From an uncultured Alphaproteobacteria bacterium (lineage in GTDB: Bacteria; Pseudomonadota; Alphaproteobacteria; CAIYWZ01), in assembly GCA_964497925.1 (NCBI GenBank), contig CAZCFE010000005.1:21071-85070 (forward strand): a stretch of 64,000 bases of DNA. The letters run 5' to 3'. This document shows positions 40,424 through 51,321 of the stretch, in pieces; the stretch's first letter is position 1; each line of letters begins with the position of its first letter. The position numbers and the translations under genes are program-made. A model generated the notes under the pieces. It did not search any database, had not been told where the DNA came from, and worked only from the letters and a program-made list of their open reading frames with translations.

Positions 40424-43400
40424 ATGTCTCAAGGTCTTAATCATGTTTTTCAAATCAAGGATATACTGAAAAAAAATCAATCATGCCTTTGGGTTATCCA
40501 CAACGAAGCGCTTGCTATTGAGGCCTTAGCTCTTGCAAAGTTTGTACTAGGAGACTCTGAGGTTTTATATTTCCCCGCATGGGACACACTACCTTATGAT
40601 CGCATATCCCCCCTTCCTCAAATCATGGGGCAAAGGCTTTATACTCTATCAAGAATATTGAAAAATCCCAGTAACACACTCGTCATTTCAACGCCAAGCG
40701 CACTCATGCAAAAACTCCCCCCTCAAGACATAGTGCAAACTTCATTTAACAGTATCAAAATAGGCGATTGCTTTTCCATGCAAGACCTATCTCACAACCT
40801 TTTAAATCTGGGCTACAGACGTGTTGAGTGCGTCAGAGAACAAGCTGAATTCTCAATCCGGGGTGGGTTATTTGATGTTTCCATCCCACAAATCAACCAA
40901 GAATCAGAAGGATTCAGGCTAGATTTTTTTGGAGATACGATTGAAAATATTCGAACTTTTGATCTTTCTTCTCAAAGAACTATCATAAATATCACTGACT
41001 CCATTTCTTTTGGTGCGGCAAGCGAAATTCGCCTTAATCAAAAGAATATTGAAAATTTCAGAACAAAATATCGAAACTTGGTCCACAAAACAAAAACAGA
41101 AGAAGATCCTCTTTATATCAACATCAGTCAAGGCCTTACCTATCCTGGCATGGAGCACTGGCTGCCTCTTTTTTACGATCACACAACACTTTTTACGGAC
41201 TATCTTCCAGAATCATGGGCTGTGGTAGAAGACCCTTTATCAAAGCTTCACTGGCAACATAAAGTCACTCAATATCAAGAACATTACATATCCAGGCTTG
41301 AATATTTAAAAACAACTCAAAAATCAGGGATTCTCCCCTATTTTCCTGTTGATGTTTGCGACATGATTGAAACAAATGCCTTTAACTGGAAAAATGTATA
41401 CCAAACCGAATCTAAAGAACATGGATTTCTGCCTTCATCTATAGATGATGCTATACAAAACACCACCCCCATTAAATTAATAACGCTATCCTCCAAAGGT
41501 TCAATTGAGCGGTTAAAACTGATTTTAAATGATAAAGGCATTTCGAGTTTCAAAGAAGTGGAAAACTTTTCAGACCTCAAGCTTGGTATAAATTTAACCA
41601 ATCTGCCCATCTCAAAAGGTTTCTTACATAAAGACATCGCCATCATCACAGAAGAAGACCTATTTGGCGAAAAATTATCCATGTCAAAAAAAAGCACAAG
41701 CAAACGCGCAAAAGAAGTCTTAATGGAGGCATCTTCACTTGCACCTGGAGACCTGGTCGTGCACGATGATCATGGAATTGGACGATTTTTAGGCCTTCAA
41801 ACAATCCCTGTTTTGCAAACCCCCCACGATTGCATTTGCCTTGAGTATTCAAACGGTGATAAGCTTTATGTCCCTATCGAGAATATTAACATTCTAACCA
41901 GATACGGGAGCGATAATGCCTCGGCCGAGCTTGACCGCCTAGGAAGCGCAAGCTGGCAACTTCGTAAAGCAAAAGCAAAAGACCGTATCAAAGAGATAGC
42001 GCACCATCTCATTTCCATGGAAGCAACAAGGCAAACTAAAAAAGGCCGGATCTATCATAAAACTGCCGAATATGACCTCTTCGAGGCCACTTTCCCCTAC
42101 GTAGAAACGCAAGATCAAGAAAAAGCAATTCAGGATATCTTGGAAGATCTTTCCTCAGGAAAACCCATGGATCGCCTCATTTGCGGGGACGTCGGGTATG
42201 GAAAAACAGAAATTGCAATCAGAGCTTCATTTCTAATTGCTCATGAAGGGGCACAAGTTGCTGTTATTGCTCCCACTACCCTTTTATGTAGACAGCACTT
42301 TAAAAACTTCCATGAAAGGCTTGCTCCTTTTGGGATCAAGGTTAAACAACTTTCAAGACTTGTCAGCACAAAAGAAGCAAACCAAACTTATAGTGATCTT
42401 GAAAATGGAGATGTTAATGTTATTGTCGCAACACACGCTCTTTTAAAAGACAAAATCAAATTCAAAGATTTAGGATTAGTGGTTATTGATGAAGAGCAAC
42501 ATTTTGGCGTCGCACAAAAAGAAAAGCTCAAAACTCTGGCAAATGATGTGCATCTTCTAACCCTTTCTGCAACCCCCATCCCTCGAACACTTCATATGGC
42601 TTTATCAGGGCTTAGGTCCATGAGTATCATAGCAACACCTCCCGTGGACAGAATGGCGATTCGAACATTCATTACCCCTTTTGATCCTGTTGTCATCAAA
42701 GAAGCCTTACTGCGTGAGCATTATCGAGGTGGACAGAGTTTCTACGTTTGTCCTCGCATTGAAGACATAGAGGAGGTAAGGCTGATGCTTGCAGAAATGG
42801 TTCCAACTCTCAAAGTTTTTGCAGCTCACGGCCAAATGAATCCCAAAGATTTAGATGAAATCATGAATCAATTTTGCGAAGGGCAAGCTCATATATTGCT
42901 TGCAACCAATATTATTGAATCAGGAATCGACCTATCTTCCGTAAACACAATAATTATACACAGATCTCATCTTTTTGGATTATCTCAACTTTATCAATTA
43001 AGAGGTCGTGTTGGAAGATCAAAAGTCAGAGCTTATGCCTATTTAACGACCCCAAATTTAAAAAAGAATGAAGCATTAAGCGAGACATCTCTAAAGCGTC
43101 TTGAAATTATGGGAACCCTTGATTCTCTTGGCGCAGGATTCAGAATCGCCTCGCACGATATGGACCTAAGAGGAACAGGAAATTTAATTGGCTCTGCGCA
43201 GTCAGGCCATATCAAAGAAATTGGGGTTGAGCTTTATCAACAACTCCTACAAGAAGCCATCGAACAAGGTAAAACCCTAGAGCCTATTCAGGAACACTTC
43301 ACACCAGAGATTAAAGCCGATATACCGGTTTACATTCCAGACACCTATATTAAAGATTTAGGTCTTCGGATGACTATCTACAGACGCCTTGGTGCATTGT

Positions 43401-43735
43401 CTTCATTTGAAGAAATCGAAGATATTTCAGCTGAGTTTGCTGATCGGTTTGGGAAAATACCCACATCACTAAATAACCTTTTCTCTATTATCAAACTAAA
43501 GATTATATGCAAAAATATCAACATTGAAAAATGCGATATTGGACCCAAAGGAGCTGTTTTATCATTTTGGAAAAATAAACCTCAAAATATCGATGGCGTT
43601 TTATCATGGGTGAGCTCCAGACAAGGCCTTGCAAAACTAAGACCTGATGGAAAACTTATCTTAATTGGAACTTGGGAATCTGCCCAAAAAGCAATCGTAA
43701 CTCTTCAAACACTTCTTCCAACAATTCCATCTTAA
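40424..43735 (+). CDS. mfd: Transcription-repair coupling factor.
   Basis: Walker A GDVGYGKTE, DEEQHFGV and a TRCF C-terminal domain. The ATG at 40424 has AAGGGA upstream; the listed start 40382 has no RBS. Confidence 0.9.
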   Translation: MSQGLNHVFQIKDILKKNQSCLWVIHNEALAIEALALAKFVLGDSEVLYFPAWDTLPYDRISPLPQIMGQRLYTLSRILKNPSNTLVISTPSALMQKLPPQDIVQTSFNSIKIGDCFSMQDLSHNLLNLGYRRVECVREQAEFSIRGGLFDVSIPQINQESEGFRLDFFGDTIENIRTFDLSSQRTIINITDSISFGAASEIRLNQKNIENFRTKYRNLVHKTKTEEDPLYINISQGLTYPGMEHWLPLFYDHTTLFTDYLPESWAVVEDPLSKLHWQHKVTQYQEHYISRLEYLKTTQKSGILPYFPVDVCDMIETNAFNWKNVYQTESKEHGFLPSSIDDAIQNTTPIKLITLSSKGSIERLKLILNDKGISSFKEVENFSDLKLGINLTNLPISKGFLHKDIAIITEEDLFGEKLSMSKKSTSKRAKEVLMEASSLAPGDLVVHDDHGIGRFLGLQTIPVLQTPHDCICLEYSNGDKLYVPIENINILTRYGSDNASAELDRLGSASWQLRKAKAKDRIKEIAHHLISMEATRQTKKGRIYHKTAEYDLFEATFPYVETQDQEKAIQDILEDLSSGKPMDRLICGDVGYGKTEIAIRASFLIAHEGAQVAVIAPTTLLCRQHFKNFHERLAPFGIKVKQLSRLVSTKEANQTYSDLENGDVNVIVATHALLKDKIKFKDLGLVVIDEEQHFGVAQKEKLKTLANDVHLLTLSATPIPRTLHMALSGLRSMSIIATPPVDRMAIRTFITPFDPVVIKEALLREHYRGGQSFYVCPRIEDIEEVRLMLAEMVPTLKVFAAHGQMNPKDLDEIMNQFCEGQAHILLATNIIESGIDLSSVNTIIIHRSHLFGLSQLYQLRGRVGRSKVRAYAYLTTPNLKKNEALSETSLKRLEIMGTLDSLGAGFRIASHDMDLRGTGNLIGSAQSGHIKEIGVELYQQLLQEAIEQGKTLEPIQEHFTPEIKADIPVYIPDTYIKDLGLRMTIYRRLGALSSFEEIEDISAEFADRFGKIPTSLNNLFSIIKLKIICKNINIEKCDIGPKGAVLSFWKNKPQNIDGVLSWVSSRQGLAKLRPDGKLILIGTWESAQKAIVTLQTLLPTIPS

Positions 43736-43761
43736 TATTTTAATTTTTGGTCAAATAAAAC

Positions 43762-43790
43762 TTGCTTTTCTTGTTCAAATGGGCTACAAT
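43762..43790 (+). promoter_or_regulatory. Candidate sigma70-type promoter for potABC.
   Basis: TTGCTT (43762-43767), a 17-nt spacer, then TACAAT (43785-43790). It lies 35 nt upstream of the potA ATG. Confidence 0.35.
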
Positions 43791-43824
43791 TTTAACTATA
43801 TTAAGATAAAAAAAAAGAGAAATT

Positions 43825-44964
43825 ATGGCCAAACTAAATCATTTCAATCGTCTAGAACCTTGGCAAGATCCAAAAGCAAAGCCATTGATACAGCTTGAAA
43901 ATATTTCAAAAAGCTACAATGGTACCATGGCTGTAAATAATTTTTCTTTATCTATTTATAAACACGAATTCTTTTCACTTTTGGGCGGATCTGGTTGTGG
44001 AAAAACAACTATTTTGCGCCTAATCTCGGGACTTGAAACCCCTACTTCTGGAAAAATATTTATTGATGGAATTGATATTTCTCAGCACCCTCCTTATGAA
44101 CGTCCTGTGAACATGATGTTTCAATCTTACGCCTTGTTTCCACATATGACAGTTGCTCAAAATATTGCTTTTGGCCTGCATCAAGAACATCACTCTAAAC
44201 ATGAAATCAAGCACCGTTTAGAAAACGTCCTTGAGCTTGTTCAGCTGCAAGATTACGCCACCAGAAAACCTGATCAGCTTTCTGGTGGACAAAAACAAAG
44301 AACAGCCCTTGCTCGAAGCCTAGTGAAACAGCCAAAAGTTTTACTGCTTGATGAGCCCTTAGCTGCACTTGATAAAAAACTTCGTGAAAAAACACAGTTT
44401 GAGCTTGTCAACATCCAAGAAAAACTCGGCGTCACATTCGTTATGGTCACACACGACCAAGAAGAAGCAATGACTATGTCAACACGAATCGGCATCATGG
44501 AAGAGGGAAAGGTCCGTCAAGTCGGAACGCCAAATGAAATTTATGAATTCCCTAATTCTGTTTTTGTTGCAGACTTTATCGGATCTATTAATATTTTTGA
44601 AGGATTTGTAATCGAAGATGAGCCTGATCATATTTTAGTAAAATCAGAACAAGCCGGATGTGATCTTTATGTCAGCCACTCTTCTGCTGCCCCCATCGGC
44701 GCACAAGTCCACATTGCCATTCGCCCAGAAAAAATCTTTGTCACAACTCAAGATCCAAACATGTCACAAAATTACGCAAAAGGCGTTGTTAAAGAAATCG
44801 GATATTTAGGTGATGTCTCAATTTACCATGTCGAAATAGAAAGTGGAAAAATAATCTTGGCAACTATTCCCAACCAAGCAAAGCAAGCTGAGCACCCCGT
44901 TGAATGGGATGATGAAGTCTATTTGTTTTGGAAGGCTGACAACTGTATCGTACTCACACATTAA
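43825..44964 (+). CDS. potA: Spermidine/putrescine ABC transporter ATP-binding protein.
   Basis: Walker A GGSGCGKTT, signature LSGGQKQR and a C-terminal TOBE domain. Confidence 0.85.
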   Translation: MAKLNHFNRLEPWQDPKAKPLIQLENISKSYNGTMAVNNFSLSIYKHEFFSLLGGSGCGKTTILRLISGLETPTSGKIFIDGIDISQHPPYERPVNMMFQSYALFPHMTVAQNIAFGLHQEHHSKHEIKHRLENVLELVQLQDYATRKPDQLSGGQKQRTALARSLVKQPKVLLLDEPLAALDKKLREKTQFELVNIQEKLGVTFVMVTHDQEEAMTMSTRIGIMEEGKVRQVGTPNEIYEFPNSVFVADFIGSINIFEGFVIEDEPDHILVKSEQAGCDLYVSHSSAAPIGAQVHIAIRPEKIFVTTQDPNMSQNYAKGVVKEIGYLGDVSIYHVEIESGKIILATIPNQAKQAEHPVEWDDEVYLFWKADNCIVLTH

Positions 44965-44976
44965 AGATCTTGAAAA

Positions 44977-45870
44977 ATGAAAAAGCATGACTCTCATCTT
45001 GAAAGATTTTTATTCTCGGTTCTTCCTTATTTATGGGTTATATTTTTCTTGGCAATCCCCCTTGCAATTTTGTTAAAGATAAGCTTTTCTGAACCAATCA
45101 TTGGAAAACCTCCATACGCAGATATGCTCTCATGGCTTGATAATAAAACGCTACAAATCAAAATTACCCTTATTAACTTCTTTTCAATTTTCGAAGATCC
45201 TCTTTATGTATTCACATATCTTCAATCAATAAAGATTGCTTTTATTTCAACTGTTTTATGCCTGCTCCTTGGGTATCCTTTAGCTTATTTCATCTCAACA
45301 TGCTCAGCAAAGTGGCGTATTATTTTGTTGATGATGGTTATGCTTCCTTTTTGGTCTTCATTTCTGATTCGTATTTATGCATGGATTATTCTCCTTAATC
45401 CAAACGGGATCATCAATTCATTTTTGATTAAGCTAAATATCATATCCATTCCTCTACCATTAGGAAATAATTTAACTGCTGTTATCATCGGCGTTGTTTA
45501 TTGCTATTTGCCTTTTATGATTTTGCCTCTTTACACTTCATTGCAAAAAATTGACCCCGTTCTTCTTGAGGTCGCCTATGATCTAGGCGCAAGACCATTT
45601 AAAGCTTTTTGGAAAGTAACCCTCCCTCTTTCTTATAGTGGGGTGATTTCAGGGTCAATGCTTGTCTTTATTCCTGCAGTAGGAGAATTTGTCATCCCTG
45701 AATTATTAGGTGGACCCGAAACGTTAACTATTGGCCGTATTTTATGGGGTGAGTTCTTTCACAACAGAGACTGGCCAATTTCTGCAGCAATTGCTGTGGC
45801 GCTTATGTTTCTCACAGCTATCCCTTTGATGCTCATTCATAAAATTGAAAGTAATAAAAATGCCGCGTAA
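44977..45870 (+). CDS. potB: Spermidine/putrescine ABC permease.
   Basis: 297 aa with 6 TM helices and an EAA-type loop (AYDLGARPFKAFWKVTLP). Confidence 0.8.
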   Translation: MKKHDSHLERFLFSVLPYLWVIFFLAIPLAILLKISFSEPIIGKPPYADMLSWLDNKTLQIKITLINFFSIFEDPLYVFTYLQSIKIAFISTVLCLLLGYPLAYFISTCSAKWRIILLMMVMLPFWSSFLIRIYAWIILLNPNGIINSFLIKLNIISIPLPLGNNLTAVIIGVVYCYLPFMILPLYTSLQKIDPVLLEVAYDLGARPFKAFWKVTLPLSYSGVISGSMLVFIPAVGEFVIPELLGGPETLTIGRILWGEFFHNRDWPISAAIAVALMFLTAIPLMLIHKIESNKNAA

Positions 45871-46681
45871 ATATAATTCATCAAAAAAACTCATCATAAG
45901 TACGGGATTTGTTTTTGCATTCTTATATATACCAATTTTTACTCTTATTATTTTCTCCTTTAACAGTTCGCCTATGATGGGTCAATGGGAAGGATTCAGT
46001 CTTAAATGGTATCATGAGCTTTTTTCAAATAACGCCTTATTGGATTCCGTTTGGTCCAGTATTAAAATTGCCTCTATCACAGCAACGCTTGCTATTTTCT
46101 TAGGGCTCTTTTCATCTTTAATTATTGTTCGCTACCCAAAAATAAAAGGAGCCTCTCTTTTTAAAGGCCTTATCAGTACACCACTTATTTTACCCGATAT
46201 GATTACAGGTCTTGCGCTCCTCCTTTTCTTTGTTGGAACAGAACAGATGCTTGGATGGCCGCAAGGACGAGGTGTTACAACAATTATCATTGCCCACACA
46301 ACGCTTGCAATGGCATACGTTGTCATCATCATTAAATCAAGGCTTGAGGAATTGGATCCATTACTGGAGGAAGCCGCTCTTGACCTTGGAGCAAAACCTT
46401 GGCAGGTTTTTTCTCAAATCACTCTTCCCATCATCACGCCATCTCTACTTTCCGCATGGCTCCTAGCATTCACATTATCTTTGGACGATGTTGTTCTTGC
46501 CAGTTTTGTTGCCGGACCAAACTCCACAACGCTTCCAATGTATATCTTTTCAAAAATTCGCTTAGGGCTGACCCCTGAAATTAATGCTCTTGCAACCATT
46601 ATTGTACTTATTGTGTCAATTGGCATTATTATTTCCGGGACATTTCTCTATAAATCTCAGAAGCTAACGCCAAGGCCTTAG
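45845..46681 (+). CDS. potC: Spermidine/putrescine ABC permease.
   Basis: 278 aa with an EAA loop (ALDLGAKPWQVFSQITLP). The start may instead be the ATG at 45860. Confidence 0.8.
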   Translation: MKVIKMPRKYNSSKKLIISTGFVFAFLYIPIFTLIIFSFNSSPMMGQWEGFSLKWYHELFSNNALLDSVWSSIKIASITATLAIFLGLFSSLIIVRYPKIKGASLFKGLISTPLILPDMITGLALLLFFVGTEQMLGWPQGRGVTTIIIAHTTLAMAYVVIIIKSRLEELDPLLEEAALDLGAKPWQVFSQITLPIITPSLLSAWLLAFTLSLDDVVLASFVAGPNSTTLPMYIFSKIRLGLTPEINALATIIVLIVSIGIIISGTFLYKSQKLTPRP

Positions 46682-48634
46682 TGAACGAAGAGCTGGTTTA
46701 AATACGAAATTATTCTGCACGATAAAACCTTGAGCTGCTTCTTGGAAATATTTCACATAAGGACTACGAAATCTTTGTGGGAAAAATGATAAAACTTGTC
46801 CTTTGTATTGTTTTTTAGAATATTTTGAAAATGCAATGAAGACATCATAATTTTTCAAAACACAGCCTGTCTTGAAACATTTAAATCTTGCATCATCTTT
46901 AGAAATTATTGAAATATTTTTGGCGCCCAAAACTCTTGCCCATAGCTCGATCTCAAATTTCTTTGAGGATTCAGGATAAGTAAAAAGTGTATCTTTTGAA
47001 AAAAAAGCCCATACTTTTTGGGCAGGATCAAATAAAAGATCTGGCTTCGCATGAGATGGGAATACAAAACCATAAATACCAATACATAAAAAAGGTAAAG
47101 ACCAAAAACGCCACTTTGATTTCCATATACCCATCCATAAAACAGAAAACACCACCATGTTCAAAGCCCAAAGCGATGGAGTCGGTACAATTATATTGGA
47201 GCCATGCCAATTTCCAACTTCATGCGCAATAATATTCAAAAATGAAATTCCCCACCCCATGGGAACAAGAGCCAAGCTCTCCAAACCAAAAGGCATCAAA
47301 ATAAGCGAACATACACCAAGGGGCATAATCCAAATTCCCATCAAAGGCACGCCTATCATGTTCGCCTCAATTGCATGCAAAGTAATTCTATTAAATGTTG
47401 CGATCGTTAAAGGAAATGTTGCTAATGTAGCAATCACAGAAGTTAAAGCAAGAGCAAGACCATATAAAACAACTTGCTTAAAAAATGAATTTGTTTTTTG
47501 CAAGCTTTTCACCCAATCGCTCTCATACACAGAAATAAGTGCAAACACAGCAGCAAATGAAAGCTGAAAACTTGGATGAACGAGTGATTCTGGAAATAAA
47601 ATTAAAACGACTAACGCTGCAACGGCAACCAGATTCATTGAAATAGAAATGCGATCATACATCACCCCAAGCAGTACAATGCTTGTCATTAAAAAAGATC
47701 TAACAACTGGAGTCCCAAAGCCAGAAATCGCCATATAAAATAACAATAAAGGAATACATAAAAAAGCAGCAATTTTTTTTGTGTGAAATTTTAAAGCAAA
47801 AGTTGGTATCAATGCCAATACATTACGAAGTAAGAAAAATATAAAACCAGCAACAAGTCCCACATGTAATCCTGAAATAGCTAAAATATGACTAAGTCCT
47901 GAATTTGTATAGTCATCACGAACAGATTTTGGAATCTTTGTCTTCTCTCCTGTTATCAAGGCAGCCACAATAGCCCCTTTTTCTCCTGAAATTGCTCCAT
48001 AAATCCTCTCAGTTAAAGATCTTCTAAGCCCTTCTAACGACCAATCATACGATGTGCTCTTAATAGAAATCGTATCTGCCCTCAAAACCCCTTGTGCGCT
48101 CAATCCTTGAAAAAAGGCTTGCCTTTTAAAATTATATGATCCTTCAATCAAAGGAGGAGAAAAAGGAAATAAGTGCCCTTTCCCAGAAATTTTATCCCCT
48201 ATTCGAAAGTTAAGATCTTCCCCTCCTTTAACTTTAAGTCTTACCTTGGTATCATTTTTAAGCTTTAAAATAATTCTCTGTTCATTCGAGGGCAATGTTT
48301 CGACTTGGGTCATTTTCCCTTCTAGCAAAACTCCATAAGTTGCCTCTTGAATCATTTTAGTATCAAGGAAATGGGTTTTAACATTGACAATCAAAAAACC
48401 AAAAACAATGTACACGAAAGGAAAAAATATTTTTCTAGCCCATTTCAAGCAAAGAGATAAAAACAGAATTAATGCCCATAAAAAACAAGGTTCAACTGAT
48501 AACCAAAGATAAAATCCAATTCCAACCCCCATAAAAACAGGAGTCCATAACCATCTTCGATGCCAATCTTCTGACCAGTATGTTTGAATTCTTATGGTGT
48601 TAATTTTGTTTTCTCTTTTCTTAGCTTTTCCCAA
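46664..48634 (-). CDS. comEC: ComEC/Rec2-family membrane protein lacking the C-terminal metallo-beta-lactamase domain.
   Basis: 656 aa with a polytopic competence-channel domain (HILAISGLHVG motif). There is no HxHxDH motif in the C-terminal 150 aa. Confidence 0.65.
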   Translation of the reverse strand: MGKAKKRENKINTIRIQTYWSEDWHRRWLWTPVFMGVGIGFYLWLSVEPCFLWALILFLSLCLKWARKIFFPFVYIVFGFLIVNVKTHFLDTKMIQEATYGVLLEGKMTQVETLPSNEQRIILKLKNDTKVRLKVKGGEDLNFRIGDKISGKGHLFPFSPPLIEGSYNFKRQAFFQGLSAQGVLRADTISIKSTSYDWSLEGLRRSLTERIYGAISGEKGAIVAALITGEKTKIPKSVRDDYTNSGLSHILAISGLHVGLVAGFIFFLLRNVLALIPTFALKFHTKKIAAFLCIPLLLFYMAISGFGTPVVRSFLMTSIVLLGVMYDRISISMNLVAVAALVVLILFPESLVHPSFQLSFAAVFALISVYESDWVKSLQKTNSFFKQVVLYGLALALTSVIATLATFPLTIATFNRITLHAIEANMIGVPLMGIWIMPLGVCSLILMPFGLESLALVPMGWGISFLNIIAHEVGNWHGSNIIVPTPSLWALNMVVFSVLWMGIWKSKWRFWSLPFLCIGIYGFVFPSHAKPDLLFDPAQKVWAFFSKDTLFTYPESSKKFEIELWARVLGAKNISIISKDDARFKCFKTGCVLKNYDVFIAFSKYSKKQYKGQVLSFFPQRFRSPYVKYFQEAAQGFIVQNNFVFKPALRSLRPWR

Positions 48635-49839
48635 TACTCAATGCGTTTTAAAATTTCACGCTCAAACCCTCTTTGAGGTGGTTCATAAAATTCTCTTCGA
48701 TCCACCCCTTTTGGAAAATAACTCACACCTGAGAATGCGTCACTCAAATCATGATCATATATATAATTTTTAGAATAATTTAAAGAGTACTCAGGCGGTG
48801 GATAGTTTTGACTCTTAAGAGCAGACACTTTCTTTTGAGATGCATACACGCTGTTTGATTTTGGGGCAGTTGCCAAATAAATAACGCCTTGATAAATCCC
48901 CAAATCCCCTTCAGGGGAACCTAGAATTTCATGAGCTCTATGAATATTCAATACTAGTCCTAAAGCATCCGGATCCGCCATGCCTATATCTTCTATTGAA
49001 AACCTAATCAATCTTCGCAAGATATAAGAAGGATCCTCTCCTCCATTAAGCATTCTTTCAAGCCAATAAAGAGCTGCATTAACGTCAGATGCACGCATTG
49101 ATTTATGCAGCACACTAATCAAATTATAGTGTTGATCTCCTCCTTTGTCATAAAGAGGCGCTCGCTTTTGAACCACACTTTGCAGCAAGGGAATATCAAT
49201 CTCTTGCTCCAGATCAGATAGAATTTCAAGCATATTTAAATAAAAGCGCCCATCCCCTGAACACATTGAATTTAAATACTGTTTAGCCTCTTTGCTTATT
49301 CTGATAGTTTTTTTTAAAAAAATTTCTGCTTTTTCAAATAAGATATTTAAAGAGCTTTCATCTAAGTCTTTAAGAAAGAATACCTGACATCTGGAAAGAA
49401 GCGCTTTATTAAGCTCAAAGGATGGATTTTCTGTTGTTGCCCCAATTAAGACAATAGTACCATCCTCAATAACGGATAAAAAACTATCTTGTTGGGATTT
49501 GTTAAATCTATGTATCTCATCTACAAATAAAACTGTATTACCCCCACTTTTTCTTCTAAGTCTCGACTCTTCAAAGATTTTCTTAAGATCAGAAACCCCT
49601 GAAAAAACAGCTGAGATAGAAACGAAGTGAGCATTGCTCAAACTTTGACTTAAAAGCTTCGCTATTGTAGTTTTTCCACATCCGGGTGGACCACATAAAA
49701 TCATTGAAGATATTTTACCCAAAGAACACATACGATCCAAGGGATAATCTTTTGCCAATAAATGGTCTTGTCCAACCACCTCGCATAAACTTTTTGGACG
49801 AAGCAATTCTGCCAATGGAACTTGGATGCTCGAAGTCAT
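48592..49839 (-). CDS. rarA: Replication-associated recombination protein A (MgsA/RarA).
   Basis: AAA+ Walker A GPPGCGKTT and Walker B FVDEIHRFNK. Confidence 0.85.
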   Translation of the reverse strand: MTSSIQVPLAELLRPKSLCEVVGQDHLLAKDYPLDRMCSLGKISSMILCGPPGCGKTTIAKLLSQSLSNAHFVSISAVFSGVSDLKKIFEESRLRRKSGGNTVLFVDEIHRFNKSQQDSFLSVIEDGTIVLIGATTENPSFELNKALLSRCQVFFLKDLDESSLNILFEKAEIFLKKTIRISKEAKQYLNSMCSGDGRFYLNMLEILSDLEQEIDIPLLQSVVQKRAPLYDKGGDQHYNLISVLHKSMRASDVNAALYWLERMLNGGEDPSYILRRLIRFSIEDIGMADPDALGLVLNIHRAHEILGSPEGDLGIYQGVIYLATAPKSNSVYASQKKVSALKSQNYPPPEYSLNYSKNYIYDHDLSDAFSGVSYFPKGVDRREFYEPPQRGFEREILKRIEYWEKLRKEKTKLTP

Positions 49840-51269
49840 TTTTCCTGAATCAGCATCGTTCCATCGGGAGAAACTTTTACAGAATATGTTTTTTGTCCCC
49901 GATTGTAATCAAAAGATCCATCTGGGGATGTCTTTGCAAGAATTCTTGTTAAATCTTTCACCTCAGAAACAGTTTCCAAATTATAGCTTAAAATAATATC
50001 TCCAGGCCTTACCCCTAATCTATGAGACACACTTCCACGCTTAATTTCAAATACCATCACTCCTTTTTTCATTGGGTCAATAGAAAGCTCGTTCGCTAAA
50101 GATGGGGATAAATTCAATACTGTTGCCCCACTAAGTAAGTGGTTTCCCTTGAGCAACGATTGATCTCTTTGTGGTTTTTCAGGAGGTGCTACCAATGTTA
50201 CAAGGATTTTTTTTTCTTCTGATCCACGTTTATAAGTTAAATCCATCTGATCTCCTGCGATACAAACGCTAACCCTAAAGTGATATTCTTCATCATTTAA
50301 TACCGGTTTACCATTAATATGCGTAATTAAATCACCCACTTTAAACCCCGCTTTTTCTCCAGGGCTATCAGCATAAACTCCTGTAATCAAAACACCAGAT
50401 GGTTTTTTCAAGTCCATGCTTTGAGCCATTTTAAAATCTAAAGATTGAACCCCGATTCCGATCCAAGAACGCTCAATTTGAGCAAGACCACGTTCATAGC
50501 TTGATATCAGAGGTCTAATCATATTTGCGGGCACAGCAAAGCTTAATCCTTGAAACCCACCATCTGTTGATGCGATAGCAGTTGTAACCCCAACAAGTCT
50601 TCCTTTTAAATCTCCGGAGCTCGTTTTCTCAAGAGCTATCAACGCACCACCTGAATTCCCTTTATTTACAGCAGCATCCGTTTGAATATATGATCGGAAA
50701 TCTTTTGCTCCACCAAAACGACGAGCCAATGCTGCAACAATCCCCCTTGAGGAAGATTGGCCTATTCCATAAGGATTTCCAATTGCAAGAACATCATCAC
50801 CAATTTTAAGCTCATCCGCATCTCGAACATCGACATAAGGAAAATTAGCTTCATCAGAATCAATTTTTAATAAAGCAAGATCACATGTCTTGTCTGAAAT
50901 CAAAATCTTAGCCTTAAACTCACGATTATCATTCAATACCACTGTGATTTCTTTTCCGCCTTCAATCACATGAAAGTTTGTCACAATTAGACCATTTTTT
51001 CTAATAATTACACCAGAGCCCAATGATTTTTGAACTTTGTCAACAGGCATGCCAAACAAAAAACTCTCACCCATACCGCCAAAAAACGGGAAAGATTTGA
51101 ACAAAGGGTCCATAGCCATTTGACGCACAACTTTACTGGCATAAATATTAACAACAGCAGGGGCAACTTGCTCAATAACAGGGGAAAATATATTAATCTT
51201 AGCCTGATCTTGAGCCTTTAAACCAAAAGATAAATGCAACACTGTCGAAATCAATAATAAAAACTTCAT
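49836..51269 (-). CDS. Periplasmic serine endoprotease DegP/HtrA family.
   Basis: A signal peptide, a trypsin-like domain with GNSGGAL and two PDZ domains. Confidence 0.85.
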   Translation of the reverse strand: MKFLLLISTVLHLSFGLKAQDQAKINIFSPVIEQVAPAVVNIYASKVVRQMAMDPLFKSFPFFGGMGESFLFGMPVDKVQKSLGSGVIIRKNGLIVTNFHVIEGGKEITVVLNDNREFKAKILISDKTCDLALLKIDSDEANFPYVDVRDADELKIGDDVLAIGNPYGIGQSSSRGIVAALARRFGGAKDFRSYIQTDAAVNKGNSGGALIALEKTSSGDLKGRLVGVTTAIASTDGGFQGLSFAVPANMIRPLISSYERGLAQIERSWIGIGVQSLDFKMAQSMDLKKPSGVLITGVYADSPGEKAGFKVGDLITHINGKPVLNDEEYHFRVSVCIAGDQMDLTYKRGSEEKKILVTLVAPPEKPQRDQSLLKGNHLLSGATVLNLSPSLANELSIDPMKKGVMVFEIKRGSVSHRLGVRPGDIILSYNLETVSEVKDLTRILAKTSPDGSFDYNRGQKTYSVKVSPDGTMLIQEK

Positions 51270-51282
51270 CTTACCTTCCCCT

Positions 51283-51321
51283 TAAAAAAATAGGCAGCTT
51301 CTGAAACCAGAGCTGCCTATT
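51283..51321 (-). terminator. Rho-independent terminator after rplQ, at the end of the ribosomal protein operon.
   Basis: The stem ATAGGCAGCT(T)CTG/CAGAGCTGCCTAT with loop AAAC is followed on the - strand by a T7-8 run. It lies between rplQ and degP. Confidence 0.6.
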
